Source of the DNA: Bispira polyomma
Lineage: Eukaryota
Direction: 5' to 3'
Assembly: GCA_965649765.1 (NCBI GenBank)
Contig: OZ287750.1
Coordinates: 40,672,001-40,736,000, forward strand
Length of the DNA: 64,000 bases
Both the position numbers and the translations under genes were made by a program. Below are positions 63,758 through 64,000 of this stretch, piece after piece. Numbering within the stretch: the stretch's first letter is position 1; each line of letters opens with the position of its first letter. The notes under the pieces were generated by a model. The model had not been told where the DNA came from. It did not search any database and saw only the letters and a list, made by a program, of their open reading frames with translations.

Positions 63758-64000
63758 AGTAAGTCGTTATTACGACATAGCGTAAGTCGTTATTATGACA
63801 TACCATAAGTCATAATTACGACATAGCATAAGTCATAATTACGACATAGTAAGTCATTATTACGACATAATATGTTGTTATTACGACATACCGCAAGTCG
63901 TAATTACGACATAATAAGTCATTATTATGACATATCACAAGTTGTAATTACGACATAGCGTAAGTTGTAATTACCACATAGCATAAGTCGTAATTACAAC
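63758..64000 (-). repeat. Same 21-23-bp minisatellite in inverted orientation, running off the window edge
   Basis: Unit GCATAAGTCGTAATTACGACATA is the reverse complement of the 62855-63028 unit. Confidence 0.9.

Noticed and set aside
62855-64000. CRISPR-like array of palindromic repeats
   Set aside because: Units are head-to-tail with no unique spacers, there are no cas genes, and the context is a eukaryotic genome with spliceosomal introns.

Overview
AT-rich animal genomic DNA, probably a marine invertebrate (the SINE/LINE families look lophotrochozoan, which is inference only). Almost the whole window is the 5' part of one very large minus-strand gene. I traced by hand a TATA/Inr core promoter at about 59910-59942, a candidate 50-nt non-coding first exon, and 42 phase-consistent GT-AG coding exons from the ATG at 56229 down to 5448. 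These total 6853 nt (2284 codons + 1 nt) with no stop, so the gene continues past the left edge. The protein is signal peptide - EMI - EGF - TB-like Cys module - VWD1/C8/TIL/E - VWD2/C8/TIL/E - TIL'/E' - VWD3/C8/TIL/E - 4x LDLa, which is the N-terminal architecture of SCO-spondin. It then switches to at least four tandem, highly divergent 138-150 aa Cys-bracketed beta-rich (discoidin/F5-8C-like by inference) domains. Each is encoded by a two-exon cassette, and they are separated by symmetric Pro/Thr-rich linker exons of 18-102 nt. Introns carry decayed L2/CR1 LINEs (one with a 2A-like peptide), tRNA-type SINEs, Tc1/pogo and Harbinger-like MITEs and microsatellites. Upstream of the gene are two inverted arrays of a 23-bp palindromic minisatellite.
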